From Terriglobia bacterium (lineage in GTDB: Bacteria; Acidobacteriota; Terriglobia; UBA7540), in contig DASZAA010000346.1 in the NCBI GenBank assembly GCA_035945615.1, positions 17,547 to 81,546 of the forward strand: a stretch of 64,000 nucleotides of DNA, read 5' to 3'. The position numbers and the translations under genes are program-made. The notes beneath the pieces were generated by a model that searched no databases, was not told where the DNA came from, and saw nothing but the letters and a program-made list of their open reading frames with translations. Positions 20,345 to 30,524 of the stretch are shown here, one piece after another. The first letter of the stretch is position 1. The number at the start of each line of letters is the position of its first letter.

Positions 20345-20608
20345 TGTGGAGCGTTTATGTGGACAGTGTGCGCCTTTGGCGAGTGTTCCTTATGCCCAAA
20401 ACGCTGCTCCGCAGCGGCATACGGCGGGTCCTGGCTTCGCCGGACCCTGACACGCCACCCCTGGGAAGGGTGCTGCCGGGAATCCTTCGGATTCTCTGAG
20501 GAACCCATTACAAACACTCGGGTTACGAAAGAACAGGTTTCCGGGGGAAACTTTGGTTTCCCTGCGCCAACCTCCTAAGTCACAGCGAGTTAAAAGAGCA
20601 GAGGAATC
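20345..20608. other. Putative oriT region
   Basis: Intergenic gap directly upstream of the trwA-B-C-like genes; overlapping inverted repeats GTTTCC/GGAAAC (20537-20551) and GGGAAAC/GTTTCCC (20545-20562). Confidence 0.55.
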
Positions 20609-21001
20609 ATGAACGATTCACAGAGACTCACAAAAAGCGTCACTTCAAAATTCACAGAATCAGATTTCCAAGAACTCCGGGAACTCGCCGCCCGTGAGCT
20701 TAAACGCCCTGCCGAGTGGTGCCGCGGCAAGGTTCTTAAAGCGCTCAAGCCACAGAGTCCAAGGCCCTCCGACTACGCGCTGATGGCAGAGATCAGCGCG
20801 ACGGAGGCCATCCTCATCGACCTGCTTTGCGCGATTGGGCGTGATGGCAAGCTCAGCCAGCAGAAGGCCCAGGCATTAGTCGATGCTGCTCACAGCGCGA
20901 AGTACAAAGAGGCCGCTGAACTATTGAAATACGCCTACGCCCAGTTCCAGAGCGGCCATCTGGAGACCAGTTCTGATCAAGCCACCGGGAGCAAGAGGTA
21001 A
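20609..21001 (+). CDS. Relaxosome accessory protein (RHH, MobC/TrwA-like)
   Basis: SVTSKFTESDFQEL...AEWCR pattern; precedes the coupling protein. Confidence 0.6.
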   Translation: MNDSQRLTKSVTSKFTESDFQELRELAARELKRPAEWCRGKVLKALKPQSPRPSDYALMAEISATEAILIDLLCAIGRDGKLSQQKAQALVDAAHSAKYKEAAELLKYAYAQFQSGHLETSSDQATGSKR

Positions 21002-21005
21002 ACCG

Positions 21006-23033
21006 ATGAATCCCACCAAACCGAACGAAAACCACGATCGCAATGGTCAGCGCCATTGGCCCCGGCACAGGCCGGTGTTCGTTCTGATGGCAATCTTACT
21101 CGCCCTTGCGTGCGGAGCCGCCGTTTTCGCCTATCAGTACAAAGCCCGCTGGACGCCGCTTGAGCGGTACTACTTCCCGGCCTACTTCCGAACAGCTCAC
21201 GTTGTCACATCCCGGAATCCATACCTGCGCCCTTCCCACTCGTTAATGGCGCTTTTCATCGTCTATCCGCACGAGACCCGAATTGCCCTGAATACTGAGG
21301 TCATCCCAGCACTGCCGCCCGCGAATGCCTCACTTAAGACGGTCGCCTTTGCTCTATCCAACAAGGCTATTCACAACTCCGCCCAGCGCCTTGAATGGCG
21401 GTCCGTCAGGTTTGACGATCAGTGGGTTCATACCTGGCTTTCGCACTGGATTTATCACGGAAAATCACTTTGGCAGCTCTTCAGAAGTGTTTGGTACGTC
21501 AGCTTGCTCGCCCTGGCCGTCATGCTACCTTTCGCCATCCGCAAAGACGCCGCCGACACCCGGAAGCGCCGCCGCAGCCGGGCGCTGAAAGGGGCGAACA
21601 TTGCAACCCGCAGCAGGTTTCACCGGCACGGGAGAAGCTACACCGGCGTTGGCTGGAAGACCACGAATCCCCCGAGCCTCTGGGAGCGCCTGTTCATGGA
21701 TGAGGCCGAGCGGATGATGGTGCGCGTCGCCCGCCGCCACGAATGGGAGCACTTCCTCTTCATCGGAGATACCGGAACGGGCAAGTCTTCCTGCATTCGC
21801 CAGCTTCTCACTCAGATCGAGCAGCGCGGCGAGACGGCCATTGTCTACGACCCGGCACGAGAGTATCTGCCGCAATTCTATAACGCCGACCGTGGCGACA
21901 TCATTCTGAACCCGCTTGATGCCCGGATGCCTTATTGGAATGCCGCCGATGAGCTACTGCATCACACGGAAGCCGAGACTATAGCGAAGTCGCTCTTCCC
22001 CGACCGCGACCGCGAAAACCGCTTCTTTGTCGAAAGCCCGCGCAAACTGTTTGCCCATCTGCTGAAGCATCACCCAACGCCGGAGAAGCTTTGCTACTGG
22101 ATTGCTCATCCCGATCCTGAAATCGACCGCCGGGTTGCCGGAACGCCACTTGAAGCCATCGTCTCGAAGAGTGCCCCTCAGCAGCGCGCAGGCGTGCTGG
22201 CGGGTCTCGAACGGGTAAGTAATTCATTCAGCCTTCTGCCGCCACCGTCAAAGACCCACCGCTGGACAGCTACCGAATGGGCGGAACGCCGCGAGGGATG
22301 GATTTTCCTGACCAGCCACCCTGAAACCCGTGAAACCCTTCGGCCACTGATGAGCCTATGGCTCGATTTTCTCGTTCTTCGGCTTACGGCCCAGACGGAT
22401 TATCCCGAGCGGCCCGTTTGGGTGATCATGGACGAGCTTGCCAGCCTCGAAACGCTTCCTACGCTGCCGCTGGCGCTGACCGAAAGCCGTAAATCCAATA
22501 CCCGGATGGTCCTCGGACTCCAGGGACGCAGCCAGATCGAAGTGCGTTATGGACGGGAGGCCGAGTCGATGCTGTCTCAGCCGCGCACGAAGATTTTCCT
22601 CCGCATCAGCGAGCCGCGAGCGGCTGAATGGATCAGCAAATGTATCGGCGACGTGGAGATGGAGCACCTGCGGGAGGGCAGAAGTATTGGCGATTGGGGT
22701 CTGAACCGTTCTGAAAATGTCACCGTAGACCGGCGAATCGAGGCGGCGATTCTTGCTTCAGAGGTCAGCAATCTGGAAAACCTGGAGGGTTACTTTTTGA
22801 CGCCAGGATACACGCTGAAGCTCACGTTCCCGTATGTCTCAGCGGAGGCGCGCAGCCAGGGATTCCTTCCGGCAGACCGCAATGATCCCTCGTTCGCAAA
22901 AGTCAACGAGGAAGAGACACCAGAACCACAGGAGTCGCTTCAGATGCTGAAGTCCAGTTCAGCAGTCCGCCCGAGAAATGCTCACAGCAACCACGAAGAC
23001 ACGGGAGACACGCTCCCTTTCGACAAGGGCTAA
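21006..23033 (+). CDS. Type IV coupling protein (TrwB/TraD/VirD4 family)
   Basis: Two TMs; GDTGTGKS; YDP..EY; NPLDAR; MDELASL; ESRK. Confidence 0.93.
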   Translation: MNPTKPNENHDRNGQRHWPRHRPVFVLMAILLALACGAAVFAYQYKARWTPLERYYFPAYFRTAHVVTSRNPYLRPSHSLMALFIVYPHETRIALNTEVIPALPPANASLKTVAFALSNKAIHNSAQRLEWRSVRFDDQWVHTWLSHWIYHGKSLWQLFRSVWYVSLLALAVMLPFAIRKDAADTRKRRRSRALKGANIATRSRFHRHGRSYTGVGWKTTNPPSLWERLFMDEAERMMVRVARRHEWEHFLFIGDTGTGKSSCIRQLLTQIEQRGETAIVYDPAREYLPQFYNADRGDIILNPLDARMPYWNAADELLHHTEAETIAKSLFPDRDRENRFFVESPRKLFAHLLKHHPTPEKLCYWIAHPDPEIDRRVAGTPLEAIVSKSAPQQRAGVLAGLERVSNSFSLLPPPSKTHRWTATEWAERREGWIFLTSHPETRETLRPLMSLWLDFLVLRLTAQTDYPERPVWVIMDELASLETLPTLPLALTESRKSNTRMVLGLQGRSQIEVRYGREAESMLSQPRTKIFLRISEPRAAEWISKCIGDVEMEHLREGRSIGDWGLNRSENVTVDRRIEAAILASEVSNLENLEGYFLTPGYTLKLTFPYVSAEARSQGFLPADRNDPSFAKVNEEETPEPQESLQMLKSSSAVRPRNAHSNHEDTGDTLPFDKG

Positions 23034-23036
23034 CAA

Positions 23037-25814
23037 ATGCTGACCATTTCTAAACCGCTCAGTGCAGGGCAAGCCCGCTCCTATCACGAGAAGGAGTTCT
23101 CCAACGCCGAGCAGAACTATTACTCCCAAAAGGGCGCCGTGCAGGGCGAATGGGCAGGCAAGCTTGCCGCCGAATGGGGTCTTTCAGGAGCCGTAGGTGC
23201 TGCGGAATTCGCACGCCTGGCTGAAGGTCAGCATCCCGTAACCGGCGAGCAGATGGTCCAGCATCGCGTTCCCCGGACCTATGCGAACGAACATGGTGAG
23301 ACCATCACGACAGCGGAACATCGGGCCGGATGGGATGCAACCTTCAGCGCGCCAAAGAGCGTTTCGATTACGGCCCTGGTTGGAGGCGACGAACAGGTTC
23401 GGGAAGCGCATCGGGAAAGCGCGGCCGTGGCGCTGAATGAGCTTGAGCGTTACGTTCAAGCGCGGATTGGCGGCAACCATCCGGCGGAAACTACCGGCAA
23501 AATGATCGCCGCGAAGTTTGAGCATGACAGCGCCCGGCCCGTGAACGGCTATGCCGCGCCCCAGCTTCATACTCACGTTGTGATTTTCAATGTTTCTCAA
23601 ACGGCGGATGGCGAGACGCACGCCTTACAGCCGTATGAGCTTTACAAAAGCCAGCAGTATGCGACTGCAATTTATCGCTCAGAACTGGCGCGGCGGCTGC
23701 GGGAACTTGGCTATGAATTAGAGCCCGCGAAGAACGGGGCATTTGAGATTAAGTGCTACACGCCCGAATACGTTCAGGCGAGCAGCCCACGCCGTCAGCA
23801 GATCAAAGACTATCTCGAAGCCAACGGTCGCTCGGGCGCTGAAGCAGCAGAAATCGGCGCTCACCGGACCCGCGAAGGCAAGATTCATCTCACGCCCGAA
23901 GAGATGCGGCGCGTGAATCTGGCGCTGGCCGCGCAGTACGGCAATGATCCGAATGCAGTTGTTTCCCAGGCCCAAGCGCGGCAGCCGCGGCTTCGAGAAA
24001 TGCCTGCCGGGGAGAAATTTGCCCATCGCGCCAGGGTTGCCCATGGCGCCCTCAGCTTCGCCCGCGACCGGAATATCGAGCGCGAGGCAGTGGTGGATGA
24101 GCGGGTGTTGCTTCGTGATGCTCTCAAAAGATCATTGGGCGAGGCCAGCCTGAATGACATCCAACGCGCGCTGAACAGCCGGATAAGAAGCGGTGAATTC
24201 GTTGAGGTCCGGCATGAATCCGGCTCGCAGCCCGGCCGCTGGCTTACCACCGCGCAGATGATCGCCTACGAGCGGGAGAACCTCTCCACAATGACGAGCG
24301 GCCAGAACCAGGAACGATCCCTGGTCCGGCCTGAGAGGATGCCCAAGCTCCACAATGAAATCGAGAGATTGAATCCCGCCCAGCAACAGGTGGTAAACGA
24401 GATCCTCCAAAGCGAGGACAAAATCACCGGCCTTCAGGGAGCCGCCGGCACAGGCAAGACCACAACGCTGTCAGTCATCCGGCGAACCGCTGAGTTGGAA
24501 GGTTACGAAGTCAATGGCTTCGCCCCCACTTCGCGCGCCGCCCGCCAGTTGGAGGAGGCCGGCATCGCATCGAGCACTTTGCAGCGGTTCCTTGTGGCAG
24601 GCCAGGAAAAGATGAGCGAGAGGCCGCATCTGTATGTCCTCGATGAATCGAGCTTGGCTAGCACGAAGCACGTCAACCAATTCTTCAAGCGCCTGGGAGA
24701 GCGTGATCGCGTTCTTTTGGTGGGCGACATCCGCCAGCACCAGGCAGTCGAGGCAGGGCGGCCTTTCGAGCAGATGCAGGAAGCAGGGATGAGAACTGCC
24801 CGGCTCGAAGAGATCGTCCGCCAGCAGGACTCTGGCTTAAAAGAAGCCGTCGAGCTTCTGGCCCAGAGCAAAGCAAAAGAAGCCCTCGACCGGCTGCAAT
24901 CGCAAGGCCGGGTCCACGAAGTCACTGATTCCGGCGAACGGCTCAAAGCTATTGTTCAGGAATATCTCAAGGAGCCGGAGAAGAGCTTGATCGTTTCGCC
25001 CGACAACCGCAGCCGGTCAGAGATCAACCGCCTGGCGCACGAAAGCCTGCAAGCCGAAGGCAAGGTGAGCGGGCACGAACACCGCGTCACGGTCCTTGTG
25101 AATCGTCAGGAGTTGACCGGAGCCGACCGGCAGTGGGCGGCCAGATACGAGCCTCGGGACATCATCCGCTACACGCGCGGCAGCAAGCAAGCAGGGATCA
25201 GAGCCGGGGAATACGCCACGGTGCTTCGAACCGACATCGGGCCAAACACAATTACGGTAAGGCGCGAGAGCGGTGAAGAAGTCACTTACGATCCCCGGCG
25301 GCTGCAGGGCGTCAATGTTTACAAGGAAGAAGAAAGGCACTTCGCCGCAGGCGACCCGATTCAGCTTACAGCACCCTTCAAAGAGCAGCGGGTTGCCAAC
25401 CGCGAGATGGGCTACATCGAGAAAATTGAGGCGACCGGCGATCTCAAAGTACGGCTTGAATCAGGTGGCAGGGTTGAATTCAATCTGCGAGACCACCCGC
25501 ATCTCGACTACGGCTACGCCATGACCAGCTACAGCAGCCAGGGACAGACCGCCGACCGGGTCATCGTTCACGCGCCGGTGAACGAACGCGAGCATCCTGA
25601 CCTCATCAACCAGCGCTTCGCTTACGTAGCGCTCTCGCGGGCCAAGTACGACGCCCAGATTTATACCAACGATGCGAGTTCACTTGGAGAGCACCTCAGC
25701 CGAGAAATCTCGAAGCGTGTCGCAATAGAAATTCAGCCGGTGAGGGGCCAGGAACGTTCGCGGCACAGTGTTGAGCAAAAGAAGGAAGCAGCATTGGAGC
25801 AGACCATCGCATGA
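23037..25814 (+). CDS. MOBF relaxase-helicase (TrwC/TraI-like)
   Basis: NYY, DATFSAPKSVS, HDSARP..PQLHTH; helicase motifs GAAGTGKT, LDES, YSSQG, YVALSR. Confidence 0.95.
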   Translation: MLTISKPLSAGQARSYHEKEFSNAEQNYYSQKGAVQGEWAGKLAAEWGLSGAVGAAEFARLAEGQHPVTGEQMVQHRVPRTYANEHGETITTAEHRAGWDATFSAPKSVSITALVGGDEQVREAHRESAAVALNELERYVQARIGGNHPAETTGKMIAAKFEHDSARPVNGYAAPQLHTHVVIFNVSQTADGETHALQPYELYKSQQYATAIYRSELARRLRELGYELEPAKNGAFEIKCYTPEYVQASSPRRQQIKDYLEANGRSGAEAAEIGAHRTREGKIHLTPEEMRRVNLALAAQYGNDPNAVVSQAQARQPRLREMPAGEKFAHRARVAHGALSFARDRNIEREAVVDERVLLRDALKRSLGEASLNDIQRALNSRIRSGEFVEVRHESGSQPGRWLTTAQMIAYERENLSTMTSGQNQERSLVRPERMPKLHNEIERLNPAQQQVVNEILQSEDKITGLQGAAGTGKTTTLSVIRRTAELEGYEVNGFAPTSRAARQLEEAGIASSTLQRFLVAGQEKMSERPHLYVLDESSLASTKHVNQFFKRLGERDRVLLVGDIRQHQAVEAGRPFEQMQEAGMRTARLEEIVRQQDSGLKEAVELLAQSKAKEALDRLQSQGRVHEVTDSGERLKAIVQEYLKEPEKSLIVSPDNRSRSEINRLAHESLQAEGKVSGHEHRVTVLVNRQELTGADRQWAARYEPRDIIRYTRGSKQAGIRAGEYATVLRTDIGPNTITVRRESGEEVTYDPRRLQGVNVYKEEERHFAAGDPIQLTAPFKEQRVANREMGYIEKIEATGDLKVRLESGGRVEFNLRDHPHLDYGYAMTSYSSQGQTADRVIVHAPVNEREHPDLINQRFAYVALSRAKYDAQIYTNDASSLGEHLSREISKRVAIEIQPVRGQERSRHSVEQKKEAALEQTIA

Positions 25815-26782
25815 ACGGATTTGAAACCATCCTGCCGTTTCTGAGACCCATCGAAGCGCTGATCCTCAATCCTGAGATCAGCGAAATCATGGTGAACGGC
25901 ACGGACCGCGTCTTTATCGAACGGGCGGGATATGTTGAGCCGGTTCCCGGCCTCAGCTTGACTGAAAAGAGCCTGATGATCGCCGTCAAGAACATCGCCC
26001 GCAGGCTCGGAGACGACATCTCGGAATCAAAGCCCATTCTTGATTCCCGTCTTCCTGATGGCAGCCGCGTGGCAGCGGTGATCCCGCCCTGCAGCGTGAA
26101 TGGAGTAACCCTGACTATCCGCAAGTTCAACGCCCGGCACTTCACCATGGCGGATTTGGTAGAGATTGGTACGCTTCCCCAGGGTTTAGCCCGGGATCTC
26201 GAAAGGCTTGTTCTCGAACGAAAGAACATCCTCATCAGCGGCGGCACCGGAACCGGGAAGACGACGCTGCTCAACATATTGGCCAACTTCATTCCCAATG
26301 ACCAACGCCTGGTGATCATCGAGGATACGGCCGAGATTCAGCTTCACAAAGACAATCTGGTTCGCTTGGAGGCCCGGCGTGAGCAGGACGGCCTGACAGC
26401 CGTCACCATTCGGGAATTACTTCGCGCCACGCTCCGCCACCGGCCCGACCGGATTATCCTGGGCGAAATTCGCGGTGGAGAAGCTTATGACCTGCTCCAA
26501 CTGCTGAACACCGGGCACTCGGGCACGCTCTCGACCGTGCATGCGACTTCCGCCGCACAGGGCCTTGCCCGGTTCACGAGCTGCGTTCTGCAGAGCGGCA
26601 TTGAGCTGCCTTATCGCGCCATCAAGACAAACATTGCTGATTCGCTCGATTTGGTTGTGCAGCTTGACCGCCGGCCAGGATGCCGGTTTGTCTCTGAGGT
26701 GCTTGAAATCAAGGGTTATGACCTTGAGAGAGACCGCTACGAGTTCAACCCGATTTACAGCCGCGAAGTTGAGGCGAGGTGA
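25811..26782 (+). CDS. VirB11/TrbB/CpaF ATPase
   Basis: GGTGTGKT, IEDTAE, LRHRPDRIILGEIRG, NTGHSG..STVHA. Confidence 0.92.
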   Translation: MNGFETILPFLRPIEALILNPEISEIMVNGTDRVFIERAGYVEPVPGLSLTEKSLMIAVKNIARRLGDDISESKPILDSRLPDGSRVAAVIPPCSVNGVTLTIRKFNARHFTMADLVEIGTLPQGLARDLERLVLERKNILISGGTGTGKTTLLNILANFIPNDQRLVIIEDTAEIQLHKDNLVRLEARREQDGLTAVTIRELLRATLRHRPDRIILGEIRGGEAYDLLQLLNTGHSGTLSTVHATSAAQGLARFTSCVLQSGIELPYRAIKTNIADSLDLVVQLDRRPGCRFVSEVLEIKGYDLERDRYEFNPIYSREVEAR

Positions 26783-26789
26783 AGAATCC

Positions 26790-27836
26790 ATGCCGACGCT
26801 AGAACACAAGCCCGAAGGCGATCATGCGCTGACCACGGAGGAATTCATCCGCCGAAACTTTGAGCCTTCGGACCGGATCGCCGTGCTGGTCTTAAACCGC
26901 GACACTGATCGCCAGGTCCAGCGGATTACAACGGCCGAGAACCTGGCCAGCGAACGATGGCAGGCCTGGCTCAGAAGCGAAAACGCCAGGGGTGCCAACG
27001 TCTACATCTCGTATAACGCTTTGCGCGAAAACACGCGCAACCGCACCAAGGCTGATGTGACCGCCATCCGGCATGTTTATCTCGACCTCGATAAGGAGGG
27101 TGAGAGGTCTCTTGCCGCAATCCAGGCCAGCAAGGAAGTGCCAACGCCAAACTACGTTCTTTCAACTTCGCCAGGCAAATATCAGGTCATCTGGAAAGTC
27201 GAAGGGATGACGCAGGGTCAGGCCGAGGGTCTTCAGCGAAAGATGGTTGAAGCCTTTGGCGGCGATCCGGCTGCTACCGATTCAACCCGCGTCCTGCGGC
27301 TGCCGGGGTTTCCAAACAAGAAGTACCAACAGGATTATCGAGTCGAGGCGCGAGAGCTTGCCACGGCTACGTATCAGACCGCTGATTTCAAGGTAGGTCA
27401 GGTTCGCAGCCAGCCGGTACAACAGGAGCAGGCATCTACTCATTCAAGCAGGCAGGGAGTCACCGCAAAGCGAACTCCATCCGACCACGACTGGCGCTGG
27501 GCGCAAGACCGGCTGAGGGGTGGAGAGTCAATCTCCGTCTTAATCCAGCGGCTGGAGGACTATCGTTATGACAAGCCGCGGCCGCAATATTACGCCCGGC
27601 GAACCGTAACCAGGGCTTACGCTCGCGTCGCCCTCAGCCGTGGGGACGACCCTGAAGTCATTGTGCAGGCGATTCGGGCGTTCCCTCCGAACCCGCATGA
27701 AAACGGCGAGCAATACGCTAGGCAGACAGTTCAGGAATTCATGGCCAAGCTCGAAAAGACAAATGAAAATCAACAATCCCCTGGTGCTGCCGCCCAGCAA
27801 CAGGCGCAACAACTCGGTTTGGGGGTTACGCCATGA
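26790..27836 (+). CDS. RepB-type DNA primase domain protein
   Basis: VYLDLD, STSPGKYQVIW, DSTRVLRLPG. Confidence 0.8.
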   Translation: MPTLEHKPEGDHALTTEEFIRRNFEPSDRIAVLVLNRDTDRQVQRITTAENLASERWQAWLRSENARGANVYISYNALRENTRNRTKADVTAIRHVYLDLDKEGERSLAAIQASKEVPTPNYVLSTSPGKYQVIWKVEGMTQGQAEGLQRKMVEAFGGDPAATDSTRVLRLPGFPNKKYQQDYRVEARELATATYQTADFKVGQVRSQPVQQEQASTHSSRQGVTAKRTPSDHDWRWAQDRLRGGESISVLIQRLEDYRYDKPRPQYYARRTVTRAYARVALSRGDDPEVIVQAIRAFPPNPHENGEQYARQTVQEFMAKLEKTNENQQSPGAAAQQQAQQLGLGVTP

Positions 27837-28495
27837 GCCGGACGCTCCCGTTAACGCTCTGGTTTCTATCGACTTCGTTCCTTGGCGGGGTGCTCTTGCT
27901 ATGCGCCGGAAGATCGGACGTACCTATGCTCAAGGCGTATCTTGTGGTCTTTGCGGGCATGGGCCTGGCAACCGCGCTGGCCGCTGAACCTGCTTTGGAT
28001 GGTGAGCGCAGGAAGCCAGGCCCAGCAGAGATCGATCCAGGCTCCCGGTTTGCAGCAAGTTTGCTTTTTCTGGCGACCGTAATCATCGCCGCTCTCGATG
28101 CGGGCCGCTTCCGCTGGACTCCCGCTGTGACTGTGACGACTCAAATTGTGGCGCTCGTCGCACTAATCTTGTCAGGCGCATTTCAGGTCTGGGCGATGAC
28201 GGCAAATCCGTTCTTCTCGACGGCAATTCGCATTCAGAGTGAACGCAGCCACGAGATCGTCACACACGGCCCTTACCGCTTCGTTCGGCACCCCGGTTAT
28301 CTTGCGATGGCGATTTTCATGCCGGCGACGGCGCTTACGCTCGGTTCAGTATTCGCCCTGATTCCAGCGCTGAGCTACTCGGCCCTAATCCTGCATCGCA
28401 CTGTGAGAGAGGATAGATTTTTGAATGCAACTCTCCCAGGATATACCGGATATGCGGGAGCAGTTTACTACCGGCTCATTCCTGGACTTTGGTGA
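27833..28495 (+). CDS. Isoprenylcysteine carboxyl methyltransferase family membrane protein
   Basis: NPFFS, GPYRFVRHPGY, EDRFL, YRLIPGLW. Confidence 0.85.
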   Translation: MSRTLPLTLWFLSTSFLGGVLLLCAGRSDVPMLKAYLVVFAGMGLATALAAEPALDGERRKPGPAEIDPGSRFAASLLFLATVIIAALDAGRFRWTPAVTVTTQIVALVALILSGAFQVWAMTANPFFSTAIRIQSERSHEIVTHGPYRFVRHPGYLAMAIFMPATALTLGSVFALIPALSYSALILHRTVREDRFLNATLPGYTGYAGAVYYRLIPGLW

Positions 28496-28503
28496 GGTGA
28501 AAC

Positions 28504-29022
28504 ATGAACGTCGAATGTCCACAGTGCGGGTCAAATGAATTCACGAAACTCTCCCTGGTCTATGCTCAGGGCTTCTCCAACCTCGAAGCCCGCTCGCGCG
28601 GATGGGGACTCATCTTTGGCAGCGGCGGAGCGGACCTTGGCTTCGGGAAGTTTAGAACGAAAGGCGAGATTCAAACCCGGCTGTCGCAGAACGTTTCGCC
28701 TCCGCGCAAATGGTCTTGCTGGAAGATTCTCTTTTGGGGGCTGATCGGGCTTATGGTTCTGGAATTCATCTTGGGCTACGCCGATTCGTTCCTTCGAATC
28801 GGAGGGAATTTCAACCAGCAGCTCGCCTGGTTCGGTTACAGCTACCTCGGCGTTGTCGCATTTATCCTTTGCCTCGCCTTCCGATACAACTTTAGCGTGT
28901 TCCCACGTCGCTTCCGCTTCTGGAATCGCTCGTTCATGTGCCGGCGCTGCGGGCATATTCTCCGGCTTCCCACGCCCAGTGATCCCGCGAGCCGGGCCGT
29001 CATCCGCGGGGTTCAGCGATGA
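28504..29022 (+). CDS. Zinc-ribbon membrane protein
   Basis: CPQC ... two TMs ... CRRC; RBS GAGGTG. Confidence 0.65.
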   Translation: MNVECPQCGSNEFTKLSLVYAQGFSNLEARSRGWGLIFGSGGADLGFGKFRTKGEIQTRLSQNVSPPRKWSCWKILFWGLIGLMVLEFILGYADSFLRIGGNFNQQLAWFGYSYLGVVAFILCLAFRYNFSVFPRRFRFWNRSFMCRRCGHILRLPTPSDPASRAVIRGVQR

Positions 29023-29128
29023 CGCCCGGTGACAAGTGCATCCGCGATCGACGACGATCAAATTGTCGCTTTGGAAGGGAGCCGCCGAAGTACCCGGTTG
29101 GATTTTTCATCTTGGAGGAATGGCCATC

Positions 29129-29380
29129 ATGGAAACAGCCCAGATCAGTACGGTCGTTGAACAGCCCCCCCAGCGCCCCGAGGTAGCTGGCTTCGAGGCG
29201 CCGGTTGATGTAAAAACAGCCGCGCGATTTCTTGGAGTCAGTCCGTCACTGGTGTATGCTTACGTCGAGCGAAAGCAGATTCCACATTTCCGAATGATGG
29301 GCCGCGCAATTCGGTTCAGCTTGATCGAACTCGAAAAGTGGCGGCGACAATTCTTTGTAAATGGAGGAATCGATGGCTAG
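29129..29380 (+). CDS. Excisionase/Xis-like HTH protein
   Basis: VKTAARFLGVSPSLVY...IPHFRMMGRAIRF; overlaps the integrase start. Confidence 0.85.
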   Translation: METAQISTVVEQPPQRPEVAGFEAPVDVKTAARFLGVSPSLVYAYVERKQIPHFRMMGRAIRFSLIELEKWRRQFFVNGGIDG

Positions 29381-30524
29381 ACCACGCAATACCGAGGGTG
29401 CGGTTTACCCTCGCAAGGAGTCGGCATTCTGGTGGGTCAGGTATCCCGACAGCAAAGGAAAGACGCAAAGGGAGTCCACCGGAACGGCAGACAAAGAGGA
29501 GGCCGAGCGCTTCCTAAGAGCGCGTCTTGATGCACGCGACGAAGGCAAATTGGACAGCGTTCTTAAGGGCAAGACCCTCACGTTCGGAGAGTGGGCAGAC
29601 TGGTTCTTGGAATACCGATCAAAGCCGCCTTTCCGATCGCCAAACACGCACGCACAAAATCTCAACACTCTTAAACATCTCAGGCCGGCTTTCGGCAATA
29701 TGCTCCTGTCGGAGATCCGGACCGAGTCCATTGAAAATTACCTTCGGGAACGTCTTGATGCCGACAAATACGTCCGCACCAACTTTGGACTACGGCGTCT
29801 CGGCAAACTCAAACCTTACACCGTGCACCAGGAGTTGCGAGTTTTGACCCGAATACTGAATCTCGCGGTCCAGCAGAGGCGGCTTGGCGCAAATCCCTGC
29901 GATAGCGTCGAATTTCCCGCATCGATCAGCAAATCGATTAGGAAGCCGCACTACATGAGCGCGAGTGAGCAGACGCGGATCGAATTTGCTGCTCCTCCTT
30001 ACCTCAAGAATCTTGTGACCGTGATGACCGAAATGGGGCTTCGACCGTTCAAGGAGCTCCTGCCGATGCAGAAGTCTCAGGTCGATCTCGATAACTGGCT
30101 TGTCCACGTTCAGGATTCCAAAACGGAAAGCGGAATCTCGGACATGCCGATGACCCAACTCGCTCACGACGCGTTTAAGGCCCAGATCGAAGGAACACCA
30201 GGGTTCCAGTGCCTCTTCCCAAGCCCGAGCAAGAGGGCCAAGAAGCCATACGTAACGTCGTTGCGGAAGATCTGGGAAAAGACACTCAGGCGAGCGGGTG
30301 TCCCTTACTTTCCCCTTTATCACCTGCGGCACACGTTCGCCACAAGGCTCAGCGCGGGCGGTGTTGCCGATCATTTTGTTACACAGATGTTGCGCCAGGG
30401 GGACTCGCGGGTATTCAAACGCTACAGCCAGGCCAAACTGATGATGATGCGCGAGGCACTGGCGAAGCTCGATAGGCGAGCCAATGAACATGCCGCGAGT
30501 TTTAGCACAGGCACTCCAAATTAA
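29373..30524 (+). CDS. Tyrosine integrase
   Basis: N-terminal arm-binding WWVRY..RESTG; GLR, SKT, HLRH, KRY; box II reads LRQ instead of LGH. Confidence 0.93.
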   Translation: MARPRNTEGAVYPRKESAFWWVRYPDSKGKTQRESTGTADKEEAERFLRARLDARDEGKLDSVLKGKTLTFGEWADWFLEYRSKPPFRSPNTHAQNLNTLKHLRPAFGNMLLSEIRTESIENYLRERLDADKYVRTNFGLRRLGKLKPYTVHQELRVLTRILNLAVQQRRLGANPCDSVEFPASISKSIRKPHYMSASEQTRIEFAAPPYLKNLVTVMTEMGLRPFKELLPMQKSQVDLDNWLVHVQDSKTESGISDMPMTQLAHDAFKAQIEGTPGFQCLFPSPSKRAKKPYVTSLRKIWEKTLRRAGVPYFPLYHLRHTFATRLSAGGVADHFVTQMLRQGDSRVFKRYSQAKLMMMREALAKLDRRANEHAASFSTGTPN

